From contig OY771587.1 of NCBI GenBank assembly GCA_963674825.1, forward strand, positions 1,280,001 to 1,344,000: a stretch of 64,000 nucleotides of DNA. Direction: 5' to 3'. The notes beneath the pieces were generated by a model. It did not search any database. It was given only the letters and a program-made list of their open reading frames with translations, and was not told the DNA's origin. The DNA is from Candidatus Cloacimonadales bacterium. GTDB taxonomy: Bacteria > Cloacimonadota > Cloacimonadia > Cloacimonadales > JAIOQZ01. Shown one piece after another: positions 1 through 9,611 of this stretch (its first letter is position 1; the number at the start of each line of letters is the position of its first letter). Position numbers and translations under genes: made by a program.

Positions 1-2
1 GC

Positions 3-1061
3 GACCGGTTCGAAATCGCGATTGCCTCGACACATCGCAACCTCGATAATCTCACAAGCTTGACGCTTGAATTCGATATCCTTCATCCGGTAATCACCGA
101 TAGCTCCCTCGACGGCATCCCGGAAGGAATGGCCAGAGGACAACAAGAACTTCTGGAGCTGATCCGTCACGCAGATTATGATATCATGCTCAATGCCGTA
201 TCAGGCTCAGCAGGATTGATCTATACACACGAAGCCGTCAAACGAGGCAAGGACGTCGCCCTGGCAAACAAGGAATCGCTCGTCATGGCGGGACACCTTG
301 TCACCGAGACATGCCGCGAGACCGGCGCGAAGCTGATCCCCGTAGATAGTGAGCACAGCGCGCTGTTCCAGGTTATCGGTGAAAGTCCGCGACGAGAAAT
401 CGACCGTCTGATACTCACCGCTTCCGGTGGACCTTTCCGTACAATGCCTCTGGATCGTTTCGACAGCATAACGCCACAAGACGCGCTCAAGCATCCCACC
501 TGGGACATGGGTGCTAAGGTAACCATCGATTCGGCCACTATGATGAATAAAGCGCTCGAGGTAATGGAAGCCCACTGGCTCTTTGGAATCCCCTACGAGC
601 AGATCATTGCGTTAATTCATCCGCAATCGATAGTCCACTCGATGGTACAGTTTATCGACGGCTCCATCATCTCTCAGATGAGTGCACCATCCATGAAACT
701 TCCGATCCTGTACGCACTCGGTTATCCTGAACGTGTGCAGTCCGATCTGGTCAAGACAAGCCTCTCAGACCTCGCGGAGCTGACCTTTCATCAAGTCGAG
801 AGAGATCGCTACCCGATATTCTTCATGGCGCTCGATATTGCGCGTGAAGGAGGACTGCTACCAACTATCCTCAACGCCGCAAACGAAGCCGTGATCGAAC
901 TATTCCTGAAGGGCACGATCAGCTACCGGCAACTCGTATCGATCCTGAGGAAATACATGGATCAATCACAGAACGTAGCGAATCCCAATATCGAGACCAT
1001 CCTCGAGACCAACCGTAACGTATATCACGAGGTAGCAGCCGATTATTCCCGTTGGCTGTAA
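3..1061 (+). CDS. dxr: 1-deoxy-D-xylulose 5-phosphate reductoisomerase (5'-partial)
   Basis: Motifs ALANKESLV, PVDSEHSA, LTASGGPF, HPTWDMGAKVTIDSATMMNK, HPQSIVHSMV; frame is open from base 3, so the true start lies upstream of the window. Confidence 0.97.
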   Translation, partial: DRFEIAIASTHRNLDNLTSLTLEFDILHPVITDSSLDGIPEGMARGQQELLELIRHADYDIMLNAVSGSAGLIYTHEAVKRGKDVALANKESLVMAGHLVTETCRETGAKLIPVDSEHSALFQVIGESPRREIDRLILTASGGPFRTMPLDRFDSITPQDALKHPTWDMGAKVTIDSATMMNKALEVMEAHWLFGIPYEQIIALIHPQSIVHSMVQFIDGSIISQMSAPSMKLPILYALGYPERVQSDLVKTSLSDLAELTFHQVERDRYPIFFMALDIAREGGLLPTILNAANEAVIELFLKGTISYRQLVSILRKYMDQSQNVANPNIETILETNRNVYHEVAADYSRWL

Positions 1062-1210
1062 TAGCGGGGTATTCACCTGAACGGCATGAATCATTTTCAT
1101 ATAATCAAGCACACAACTTCTCGGATAGCATGGCCTTGCCTGCCTATGCTTCTTTTCTTGACAGATTATTCGGCACATGGAAGCTGACCAATCATAAAAG
1201 AGGTTAACGA

Positions 1211-2392
1211 ATGAACGTCAAACAACTTGATCTGCTTGATATCCTGGAAATTCTCGCCAGGCATAAAAAGTTCATCTCGATCTTTGTTCTGATCGCGAGT
1301 ATCGCGGTTGTGATCTATGTATTAGTCGTTCCCAAATACTGGGAGTCCACTGCCGTAATCTATCCCATGGATGCCACAGACACAAGCATGCTGACATCGC
1401 TTTTGGGAGGATATGCGTCCATGTTGGGGGGATCTTCTCTCGAACAGGGCGAGCTGGTCGCGATCATGACATCGCGCAGTTTCGGGTATAAGATCATCGA
1501 TAAATTCGATGTCATCAACATGCTCGAAATCGAAGAACCTGATTCACTGATGGCGCTGGACATGGCATATCGCCTGCTTTACGAAGTCATTTTCAATATC
1601 TATTACGATATCGATACCGGATTCATTTACATCAATGCCGAGACGAAAGACAACAAGCTTTCCGCCGAAATGGCCAACTACGTTGTTGATCAGCTCGATC
1701 AGTATAACCGTTTCGAACGTCGCTCACAAGGTAGAGACAAGCGTATGTTCATCGAAGAACGCCTGAAAGAGATCGAAATCGAGATGGATTCCATCGCAAC
1801 GCAGATCCAGGCATTCCAGGAAGAAAATAAAATCTTCGACACCTCCAGTCAGGTGTCAGGTATTCTCGGAGTCTATACCGAATTATCATCCAAGCTTTTC
1901 GAGATCGAGCTTCAGCTCGATTACATGCATGAGTACGACCGTAAGAACGATCCCGCGTCGCAATCATTGATGGAACAAAAGCGTGTGCTGACTCGTAAAC
2001 TCCGCGAAATGGAAAGTGGAACAGTCGAATCAGACGGCAGTTCGTATCTGATCGCACTGAACTCCCTGCCCGAGAAAATGCGGAAGTATGCCGAACTTAA
2101 GATGCGCATGGAGCTGCTGAAAACAACCTATTCGTACCTGCTCCCGGAATACGAGAGCGCGAAGATCGAAGAAATCCGCGATCTCCCGACCATCCAGATC
2201 ATCGATAAAGCGCATGTCACCGGGATGAGAACCAAGCCGAAACGCGGCCTGACCTGTGTTTTGGTATTCATGGCGGCCCTGCTTTTTGCCTGTGTAGTCT
2301 CGATTCTACACGGTATTATCGACGAAGATATCAAGAAACGGCTGATAAAGATCTTCAGGATTCTCCTGCATGGAAAACGAGCTGAGGAATAA
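1211..2392 (+). CDS. Wzz/GumC-type polysaccharide chain-length determinant (co-polymerase)
   Basis: N-terminal TM followed by PKYWESTA, long coiled-coil periplasmic region, IIDKA..KPKR motif and C-terminal TM; RBS AGAGG. Confidence 0.85.
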   Translation: MNVKQLDLLDILEILARHKKFISIFVLIASIAVVIYVLVVPKYWESTAVIYPMDATDTSMLTSLLGGYASMLGGSSLEQGELVAIMTSRSFGYKIIDKFDVINMLEIEEPDSLMALDMAYRLLYEVIFNIYYDIDTGFIYINAETKDNKLSAEMANYVVDQLDQYNRFERRSQGRDKRMFIEERLKEIEIEMDSIATQIQAFQEENKIFDTSSQVSGILGVYTELSSKLFEIELQLDYMHEYDRKNDPASQSLMEQKRVLTRKLREMESGTVESDGSSYLIALNSLPEKMRKYAELKMRMELLKTTYSYLLPEYESAKIEEIRDLPTIQIIDKAHVTGMRTKPKRGLTCVLVFMAALLFACVVSILHGIIDEDIKKRLIKIFRILLHGKRAEE

Positions 2393-3689
2393 ACCGGACA
2401 TACTTACCCGGCTCCTTTACGCCATCACATTCACGTATTTTTCGTACAGCTTCATGCTATCGTTTTTCCACTATGGAAAGCTGATCAGAGTGAATCTGCT
2501 GATCGGAATGGTGATCGCGATCGCCTTTATGGTCGTCAAACTCGCCCGGCACGAGAAGTTTCGTCTCGCGCTATCCACACTTGCAGTCATCCTGATATTG
2601 ATCATTTGGATTTCGTACGCGCTGGTCAGTGTCCTTTGGGCTATCGACAAAGATAAAGCCTTCCTCAATGGATTCTTCTATTTCGGATACCTTGCGTTTA
2701 TCCTGCTGTCGGTGCTTCTCATCGACCGGAAAAAATACGCATGGAGACTGCTCTACGTCCTGAATTTCGTTCTGGTCGTTTACATCATCATCGCCTGTTG
2801 GGAAATGATCACGTTCAATCACCTACCCTACTCCAGCGTTCTTCAGCTCGATACGTACCCATTTGTTCCAAATGGTCCATTTTTCAACGTGAACGACTTC
2901 GCCTCGGCAATCATGCTGCTGACACCCTTCATGTATGTACTGGTAAAAGCGAAGAACAATCGAATAATCAATATACTGGCTTTTATCGTATCAATTCTGG
3001 TTTTTGTAACTATGCTGCTGGAAGGGGCTCGTCTCAGTTTGATCGTGTTTCTTGGGGAAGCGCTGATATTCTACGTTTTTTTCGTAAATTGGAAGTCCAA
3101 GATTGTCATCGCTGCCTGGATAGCGATCATTGTAATTGGACTCATTCATATGTATCCACGAGAGTTCCGATTCGCGTCGTCCTTCCTTCGCAAGGAGTTC
3201 ACCTCGATCGCGCAGGAAAGCGATAGCTATCAGCTCGAATCGATTCAAGCACGTGTCAATCTGATGAAGCATGCGCTGGAGATCACCGATGAAGCACATT
3301 ACATGGGAATTGGACCCGGTAACTTCCATCGGAGGATGCGATCGGATCGCATGCTGGACACAAATCACATCACCATCACGCATAACTATTTTCTGGAAAA
3401 ACTCGCAACAGATGGAATAGGAGCGTTCCTGTTCCTCATTGCACTGGTCGGATACCTGATAATCGGCAACTTCTACTATGCGATCAAGATTAAAACCCGG
3501 GATCGCTGGCTATACATGGGTTACGGCTCAGGAATCGTAATGTTCTTTGTCGCAGCTTCGATTCCAAGCTCGATCAACAACCATTTCTTCTATTGGGTTG
3601 TGCTTGGCGGAGCACTCGCGCTGCTCAATATCACGCATGTTCAACAGGCAGAAAATACATCATCATCATCTGAATCTGCAACCAATTAA
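2370..3689 (+). CDS. O-antigen ligase/polymerase (Wzy_C) family membrane protein
   Basis: Many TM helices; GPFFNVNDF, GAR, GIGPGNF and HNYFLE motifs; overlaps the Wzz-like gene. Confidence 0.85.
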   Translation: MENELRNKPDILTRLLYAITFTYFSYSFMLSFFHYGKLIRVNLLIGMVIAIAFMVVKLARHEKFRLALSTLAVILILIIWISYALVSVLWAIDKDKAFLNGFFYFGYLAFILLSVLLIDRKKYAWRLLYVLNFVLVVYIIIACWEMITFNHLPYSSVLQLDTYPFVPNGPFFNVNDFASAIMLLTPFMYVLVKAKNNRIINILAFIVSILVFVTMLLEGARLSLIVFLGEALIFYVFFVNWKSKIVIAAWIAIIVIGLIHMYPREFRFASSFLRKEFTSIAQESDSYQLESIQARVNLMKHALEITDEAHYMGIGPGNFHRRMRSDRMLDTNHITITHNYFLEKLATDGIGAFLFLIALVGYLIIGNFYYAIKIKTRDRWLYMGYGSGIVMFFVAASIPSSINNHFFYWVVLGGALALLNITHVQQAENTSSSSESATN

Positions 3690-3882
3690 TCTGTAATCTT
3701 AATTAAATCGTTTTTTCATTTGCCAGAATTATTCAAATCTGTTACAGGGGCAATAAGGGAAATGTAGCAGCTTCCGCTTTGAGAAACACGATTCTTATTC
3801 GGAGACTGTATCCGGAAAACGGTGCCTAGTTGTGTCAATATAGAGGAACCGTTTGAAGTGGAAATCCACATCACAGGAGGAA

Positions 3883-5328
3883 ATGGTGAATTTTGCAGCA
3901 ATCGCAATGGAAAAAGCAAAGTCACTCGGCGCGAGCTACGCGGACATACGTATCCAGCATTCGCAGACCGAAATGATCTACCTGCGCAACCTCAGCCTTA
4001 AAAACACGATGAACTCTGTTAAATACGGCTATGGAATCAGGGTACTGAAAAACGGTGCCTGGGGATTTGCGCACAACAACATATTCACAGACGAAGCGGT
4101 AGCCGAGACAACGATGAAAGCAGTTGAAATCGCCGAAGCCTCCGCACGCGTAAAAGTAGGCGATGGAATCCAATTGGCCTACGAACGCGGATATATCGAC
4201 ACGTTCAAGACGAAGGTCGAGAAGGATCCATTCAAGATCCCGCTCCAGGACAAAGTCGAGATGATGCTGGAAGTCAACCGCGCGCTCATGAACTACGAAC
4301 AGATCAGGCAGGCGGTGTTCATCATTCGCGCCGAGACCAATCATAAGCAGATCGTCTCCACGCTCGGAACCGATCTGGACATACAAACAACACACATGGC
4401 GCCGATGCTTTATGCTACAGCCGTTGCAAACAGTGACAGCCAGGCGAGAATGTACCACGTTGGTGGCAGAAATATGGGCTGGGAAATGATAGACCAGATG
4501 GACTTTCCTGGAAACGCTGCGCGCGTGGCGGAAGAAGCGATTCAGAAGTGCTATGCCGGCGAACTTGGACCGGAAACGCGTCGCGACCTCCTGCTGGATC
4601 CCATGCACCTCTCCCTCACCATGCACGAATCGGTGGGACATCCGACCGAGCTCGACCGCGTACTGGGCTGGGAAGCCGACTTCGCAGGTATCTCCTTCGC
4701 AACGCCAGAAAAGCTCAAGAATTACCGTTACGGCTCTGAGATTGTCAACTTCTTCGGCGATAACACGCTCGAAGCGGGGCTTGCCACCGCAGGTTACGAT
4801 GACGACGGTGTACCTGGCCAAAAATGGCATATCATCAAGGATGGTATCCTCAATGAATATGGAACCACCCGCGACACCGCCATGCAGATCGGTGAGAAGA
4901 TGAGTCGTGGATGCGCACGCGCAACCTACTACTACGACTTCCCTATCAATCGCATCCCGAACCTCTACCTCGCGCCCGGCAAGAAGGAACTCACGCCGCA
5001 ACAACTGATCTCGGATACCGAAGATGGCGTTTACATTGAAGGGCAGGGCTCTTTCTCGATCGACCAGCATCGCGTCAACTTCCAGTTTGGCGGCGATATG
5101 TTCTGGGAAATCAAGAACGGGAAAAAACACCGTATGCTGAAAAAGGTTATCTATCGCTCGAACAATCCCGAATTCTGGAACAGCTGCGACGCTATCTGCG
5201 ATGACCGTTTCTTCCAGACCTTCGGCATTGTGAACTGCGGTAAAGGACAACCCAGCCAGTCAGCTCGCATGACCCACGGAGCCTCGCTTGCACGGTTCCG
5301 GAAAATCCGCGTAGGAGGTTCCCAATGA
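3883..5328 (+). CDS. tldD: TldD metalloprotease subunit
   Basis: YADIR, GYGIRVL, HESVGH (HExxxH), DDDG and CGKGQ motifs; AGGAGG at 3875-3880 suggests ATG 3883 or GTG 3886. Confidence 0.92.
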   Translation: MVNFAAIAMEKAKSLGASYADIRIQHSQTEMIYLRNLSLKNTMNSVKYGYGIRVLKNGAWGFAHNNIFTDEAVAETTMKAVEIAEASARVKVGDGIQLAYERGYIDTFKTKVEKDPFKIPLQDKVEMMLEVNRALMNYEQIRQAVFIIRAETNHKQIVSTLGTDLDIQTTHMAPMLYATAVANSDSQARMYHVGGRNMGWEMIDQMDFPGNAARVAEEAIQKCYAGELGPETRRDLLLDPMHLSLTMHESVGHPTELDRVLGWEADFAGISFATPEKLKNYRYGSEIVNFFGDNTLEAGLATAGYDDDGVPGQKWHIIKDGILNEYGTTRDTAMQIGEKMSRGCARATYYYDFPINRIPNLYLAPGKKELTPQQLISDTEDGVYIEGQGSFSIDQHRVNFQFGGDMFWEIKNGKKHRMLKKVIYRSNNPEFWNSCDAICDDRFFQTFGIVNCGKGQPSQSARMTHGASLARFRKIRVGGSQ

Positions 5329-6611
5329 GCGACAACAGATTCAAAGAAAAAGCAGCAGAATATATCCGTAAACACTGCAAAGCCGACGATTACTCGTTCC
5401 AGTTCAATCAAACCGACTCGCACGAGACCCGCTTTGCGCAAAACATGATCACGCAGCACATGAACGGCAGCAAATATTCGATCGTTCTTGAAGTGGCCTT
5501 CGGCAATAAAACCGGTACTGCGGTAGTCAACCAACCAGACGAAGAGCATCTGCAATACCTGATTGATACTGCCGAACAAATGGCTATACTCAATCAGCCC
5601 GATCCCGAACACATGCCCAGCCAGACACAGCAGAAGCTTCCGGATGTTAATAATTACTCCGACGCAACCGCAGCCCTCAGCACGGACGACATGGTTTCAG
5701 TTGTGCATAAGTGCGTGGCGAATGCCAATAAAATCGACGCGAAGATTTCCGGTATGACATCACGCCATGTCGATCACAGCTACATGATCACAAAAAACGG
5801 CTTCGAGGGAGAAGACCGAGGAACGTCGTTCGAGCATTCAATGACCATGAAACGCGGCGAGGTGGAAACGAAAATCTCGCGCGGTGTAAAAGACTTCGCC
5901 TGCTACAGCATCGAGAGCGAGATCGATCGACTGAACAACCAGTTCTCGTCCCTATCGAAACCACAACCCATTCAGCCCGGAAAATACCCGGTTATCCTTC
6001 GTTCGCAAGCCGTTGATAACTTCTACCAGTTCCTGGGATACATGATGGATCTTCGGAGTGCCGATGAAGGTACATCCGCATTTTCGGATCAGATAGGGAA
6101 GCAGTTTTTCGGTAAGGATTTCACCCTGCGCTCTACCATCGGCGATCCAGATTTGCATGCTCCGCGCTACGACTACGAAGGCGCTCCCTCCAGAGAAACC
6201 TACTGGGTGCGCAACGGCATGCTCGAAAACATGCCTGTATCCCGTTACTACGCGAATCAAAAAGGAATCGAACCCTGCACGGCATACAATATGCTGATTG
6301 AGGGCGGAAACGCCACCGAAGAAGAGATGATGAAGATCGCAGGCAGCGGCATCATTGTCAACCACCTCTGGTATATCCGGTTCGTGAACGCCAAACGCGG
6401 CGAACTTACCGGCATGACTCGAGATGGCGTCCTGTGGTTTGAAGACGGCAAGATCAAGCATCCGATCGTCAACCTCCGCTTCAACGAAGTGATTTACGAA
6501 TCGACCCGCCGAATCATGGCGCTTGGGAAGCCCGAAGTGCAGTCGCCCTACTCGAAGGTGCCGACCATGCTGATCGATGGATTCAATTTCGTCGATACAA
6601 CATCGTTTTAA
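5325..6611 (+). CDS. tldE: TldE/PmbA family subunit
   Basis: ATGA overlap with tldD; TRFAQN, PGKYPVIL, GMTRDG..EDG, NLRFN and VPTML motifs; no HExxxH. Confidence 0.85.
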   Translation: MSDNRFKEKAAEYIRKHCKADDYSFQFNQTDSHETRFAQNMITQHMNGSKYSIVLEVAFGNKTGTAVVNQPDEEHLQYLIDTAEQMAILNQPDPEHMPSQTQQKLPDVNNYSDATAALSTDDMVSVVHKCVANANKIDAKISGMTSRHVDHSYMITKNGFEGEDRGTSFEHSMTMKRGEVETKISRGVKDFACYSIESEIDRLNNQFSSLSKPQPIQPGKYPVILRSQAVDNFYQFLGYMMDLRSADEGTSAFSDQIGKQFFGKDFTLRSTIGDPDLHAPRYDYEGAPSRETYWVRNGMLENMPVSRYYANQKGIEPCTAYNMLIEGGNATEEEMMKIAGSGIIVNHLWYIRFVNAKRGELTGMTRDGVLWFEDGKIKHPIVNLRFNEVIYESTRRIMALGKPEVQSPYSKVPTMLIDGFNFVDTTSF

Positions 6612-6625
6612 CGGTATTCCCTGTT

Positions 6626-6667
6626 CCCCTTCTCCTGCTTGCGGGAGAAGGGGTTAGGGGATGAGGG
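6626..6667 (+). repeat. REP-like palindrome CCCCTTCTCC-N7-GGGAGAAGGGG-TT-AGGGGATGAGGG
   Basis: GC-rich hairpin with a GGGGATGAGGG tail, resembling a widespread extragenic palindrome type; single copy in this window. Confidence 0.65.
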
Positions 6668-6692
6668 TCTTTACATAAACGGAGATAGTACC

Positions 6693-7079
6693 ATGATAAC
6701 AGATGAACAACTCATCGAGAAAGCGAAAGAGGCGTCCAAGAACGCCTACGCACCGTATTCCGGATTCAGGATCGGCGCAGCGCTGCTCTCGACAAAAGGG
6801 AACGTCTATGTCGGCTGCAACGTGGAAAATGCGTCCTATTCGCTGACCATCTGCGCCGAGCGTAGCGCGGTATTCAAAGCCATTACCTGGGGTGACCGTG
6901 AGTTCACCAAGATTGCGATCTATGCTGACACAAACGAGTTCTTCCCGCCTTGTGGCGCATGCCGTCAGGTGCTTTCGGAGTTTGCGACAGAACTCCGCAT
7001 CATCATGGCAAACAACGACCGCGTAGAGGTTTCCACGCTCGACCACCTCCTGCCGATGCAGTTCAAGCTCGAAGAATAA
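6693..7079 (+). CDS. cdd: Cytidine deaminase (homotetrameric type)
   Basis: AYAPYS, GCNVENASY, CAER and PCGACRQ zinc motifs; RBS GGAGA before ATG 6693. Confidence 0.96.
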   Translation: MITDEQLIEKAKEASKNAYAPYSGFRIGAALLSTKGNVYVGCNVENASYSLTICAERSAVFKAITWGDREFTKIAIYADTNEFFPPCGACRQVLSEFATELRIIMANNDRVEVSTLDHLLPMQFKLEE

Positions 7080-7100
7080 TTATTTCGCAACACATAATAT

Positions 7101-7128
7101 TTGACAGTGTGAAATATTTTTGTATCTT
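7101..7128 (+). promoter_or_regulatory. Putative sigma70 promoter of trxB
   Basis: TTGACA-16 nt-TATCTT. Confidence 0.55.
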
Positions 7129-7163
7129 GTCTCCGAAATGAGATTAAGATCTATGGAGGAACC

Positions 7164-8159
7164 ATGAATTTCGAGTTTAAAAAGATCGAAACCGACGGCG
7201 TCGAGCTGGACGCAAAAAAAGCGGGTGAGTGTATAAAATACGATGTAGCGATCATCGGCGGCGGTCCTGCGGGGCTGGGCGCTGCAATATACGCTGCACG
7301 CGGCGGACTCAAAACCGTCGTCTTCGAGCACGGCCTTTTCGGCGGCCAGATCGTGCTGACTACCGAAGTGGAAAACTACCCGGGTTTCGTCGATTCGATG
7401 ACCGGATTCGACCTCATCGACAAGATGAAAGCGCAGGCGGAGAAGTTCAACACCGAATTCCGCGAAGAATCGGTCATCGCGGTGGGCCTGGAAGGCATCT
7501 GCAAGATCATTGAGACCGATAGCGGCTTCTACCGTGCCAAGTCGATCATCATTGCAACCGGAGCATCACCGCGCAAGCTTTCCGTACCGGGCGAAGAAAA
7601 GCTCACCGGACGCGGCGTTTCCTATTGCGCCACCTGCGATGGCGCGCTCTACCGCGACAAGGTCGTGGCCGTGATCGGCGGTGGCGATTCGGCTGTGGAA
7701 GAGGGACTCTTCCTCACCAAGTTCGCGAAGAAAGTTTACCTGATCCACCGTCGCGATTCGCTTCGGGCGGTCTATACCATTCAGCAACGCGCGCTCAAGA
7801 ACCCCAAGATGGAGATCATCTGGGATACCGTGGTGCAAGGCGTGAAGGGCGAAGAACGGGTCGAGGAGCTACTGCTGTTCAACCGCAAGACGAATGTGGC
7901 CAGCAACCTGAAGGTCGATGGCGTGTTTGTTTATGTGGGCATTATTCCGAACAACAAGCTGTTCGAATCGCGCGTCGAGATGGACGAGCAGGGGTTCATC
8001 CTCACCGACGACAGCCAGCACACCAACATCCCCGGCATCTACGCGGCTGGCGATATCTGCCACAAGGTGCTTCGGCAGGTCGTTACCGCTGTCTCGGATG
8101 GCGCGACCGCGGCCTTCTCAGCCGAGAAGTGGATTCAGGAACACCTGGACGAATTTTAA
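7164..8159 (+). CDS. trxB: Thioredoxin-disulfide reductase
   Basis: GGGPAG, GVSYCATCDG, GGGDSA, HRRD and AAGD motifs. Confidence 0.97.
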   Translation: MNFEFKKIETDGVELDAKKAGECIKYDVAIIGGGPAGLGAAIYAARGGLKTVVFEHGLFGGQIVLTTEVENYPGFVDSMTGFDLIDKMKAQAEKFNTEFREESVIAVGLEGICKIIETDSGFYRAKSIIIATGASPRKLSVPGEEKLTGRGVSYCATCDGALYRDKVVAVIGGGDSAVEEGLFLTKFAKKVYLIHRRDSLRAVYTIQQRALKNPKMEIIWDTVVQGVKGEERVEELLLFNRKTNVASNLKVDGVFVYVGIIPNNKLFESRVEMDEQGFILTDDSQHTNIPGIYAAGDICHKVLRQVVTAVSDGATAAFSAEKWIQEHLDEF

Positions 8160-8176
8160 GCGATACTTTTTCCCAA

Positions 8177-8204
8177 GGGCAGGCCGTTGCGTCTGCCTTT
8201 TTTT
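8177..8204 (+). terminator. Intrinsic terminator of trxB (sequence related to the REPs at 9378-9574)
   Basis: GGCAGGC/GTCTGCC stem followed by T7. Confidence 0.7.
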
Positions 8205-8346
8205 GTGGAACGCGGCTCTTCTTTCTCTTGAGTATAGGCACTGATCTTAAAGCCATGCTATCACACGACTATCAATAAAACGCTGGACAAATCCCCCGAA
8301 AGGTTATCGATTCGGACTATGATTCACGATCCATGCGAGGACTGTC

Positions 8347-9351
8347 ATGAAACCTGTTGTTATTATGCTTTTGCTGCTGATAATGCTTACCAGCCTCTCC
8401 GCTCACACTTACGTGGATAGCATATACGCCGATAATAATTTAACAGGCAATATTGCCTACTCTCAAGCAGGAGCACCACTGGTTGTAATCACCTCTATTG
8501 GAACAATAATGATAGGTGACACTTCAGAAACTGTTATAATGCCATCTAATGCATCCATGCGGGGTTATCTCTCTTTTGAGTTACCGGTAAAACCAGATGG
8601 GTATAATGTTATTGAAGCCAGACTCCAGGTTTACCAATCTCACAGCGTTGGCAATGGTGAGTATATGGGATGTTTTGAGCTGTATCCTAACTGGAATATT
8701 ATTGATGGAGAAAATGTTGATTGCTTTATAAGTCACATTAATTACGGAGCACAGCTTGAATTTAATGATTGGGTAAAAGGTGACGAAGGTAACGAAGATA
8801 CTTATAATCATTTTATTGGCGTTATTACTCATCAAAACCTGAATCATGCTAATCCTATGTTTGGAGAACAGGGACATCGCTATATGGACGTAACTTCATG
8901 TGTTTATGGTGATTATAGCATAAACAACTTATACTCACAATATCGAATAGCATTTGAGATCGATACTGATGGAGATTCATTGTCAGATTATGTTGGTTTC
9001 TCAGGAACAAGTGGATCTTTAACTGCTCTAAAACCAATCCTATATCTTACATATTCCGATGGAAATTCTGTCGATGATGAAATGGAACAGGAGTTATTGC
9101 CAATTACAATATTTCCTCAACCAATTCACGATACAGCAACAATACAATATCAAATCGCCAAACCGCAAACCGTCGAAATCAGCATCTACAACGTCAGGGG
9201 CAGAAAAGTCGAAGAAATATGCCGGAATGTATCCACCATCGGAACGCAACAGCAGACCATCGGTTTTCAGAATCATCCCAGCGGTGTCTATTTTGTGAGA
9301 GTAAACACCGATAACCGCTCAACCGTAAAACGAATTCTGCATCTACGATAG
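8347..9351 (+). CDS. Secreted protein with T9SS type A-like CTD; passenger function unknown
   Basis: Signal peptide; C-terminal IFPQP..IYNVRGRKV..SGVYFVRV..KRILHLR. Confidence 0.8.
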   Translation: MKPVVIMLLLLIMLTSLSAHTYVDSIYADNNLTGNIAYSQAGAPLVVITSIGTIMIGDTSETVIMPSNASMRGYLSFELPVKPDGYNVIEARLQVYQSHSVGNGEYMGCFELYPNWNIIDGENVDCFISHINYGAQLEFNDWVKGDEGNEDTYNHFIGVITHQNLNHANPMFGEQGHRYMDVTSCVYGDYSINNLYSQYRIAFEIDTDGDSLSDYVGFSGTSGSLTALKPILYLTYSDGNSVDDEMEQELLPITIFPQPIHDTATIQYQIAKPQTVEISIYNVRGRKVEEICRNVSTIGTQQQTIGFQNHPSGVYFVRVNTDNRSTVKRILHLR

Positions 9352-9377
9352 ACGTTCGATTGATGCTGCGAACGCGC

Positions 9378-9608
9378 AAAAAGAAAGGGCAGACACAATG
9401 GATTGCCACTACAGCCCCTGGGTACGCAGACGTCCTCGTCTGCATCCCCCTTTCCCTTCATCAATCGTCCACTACTCATGAAATCAACATTCGGAAGAGT
9501 CTCACTGCGATCGACACATTTAGAAGGTGATTTCATAAAAAGAAAGGGCAGACACAGTGGTCTGCCCCTACAGCTAAACATCTTTCGTTTTGACTGCGTC
9601 AAAGCCGA
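9378..9608. repeat. Mosaic cluster of extragenic palindromes between convergent genes
   Basis: Two 38-nt GTAG-type REP copies (9378-9415, 9537-9574; 4 mismatches); a 29-nt palindrome (9418-9446) matching 47056-47084; a 24-nt GNA hairpin (9585-9608) matching 21614, 21687, 25262 and 25335. Confidence 0.85.
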
Positions 9609-9611
9609 AAA

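Noticed and set aside
3720..3880. Cobalamin riboswitch upstream of tldD
   Set aside because: AGGGAA and GGTGCC are present but in the wrong order, and there is no B12 box
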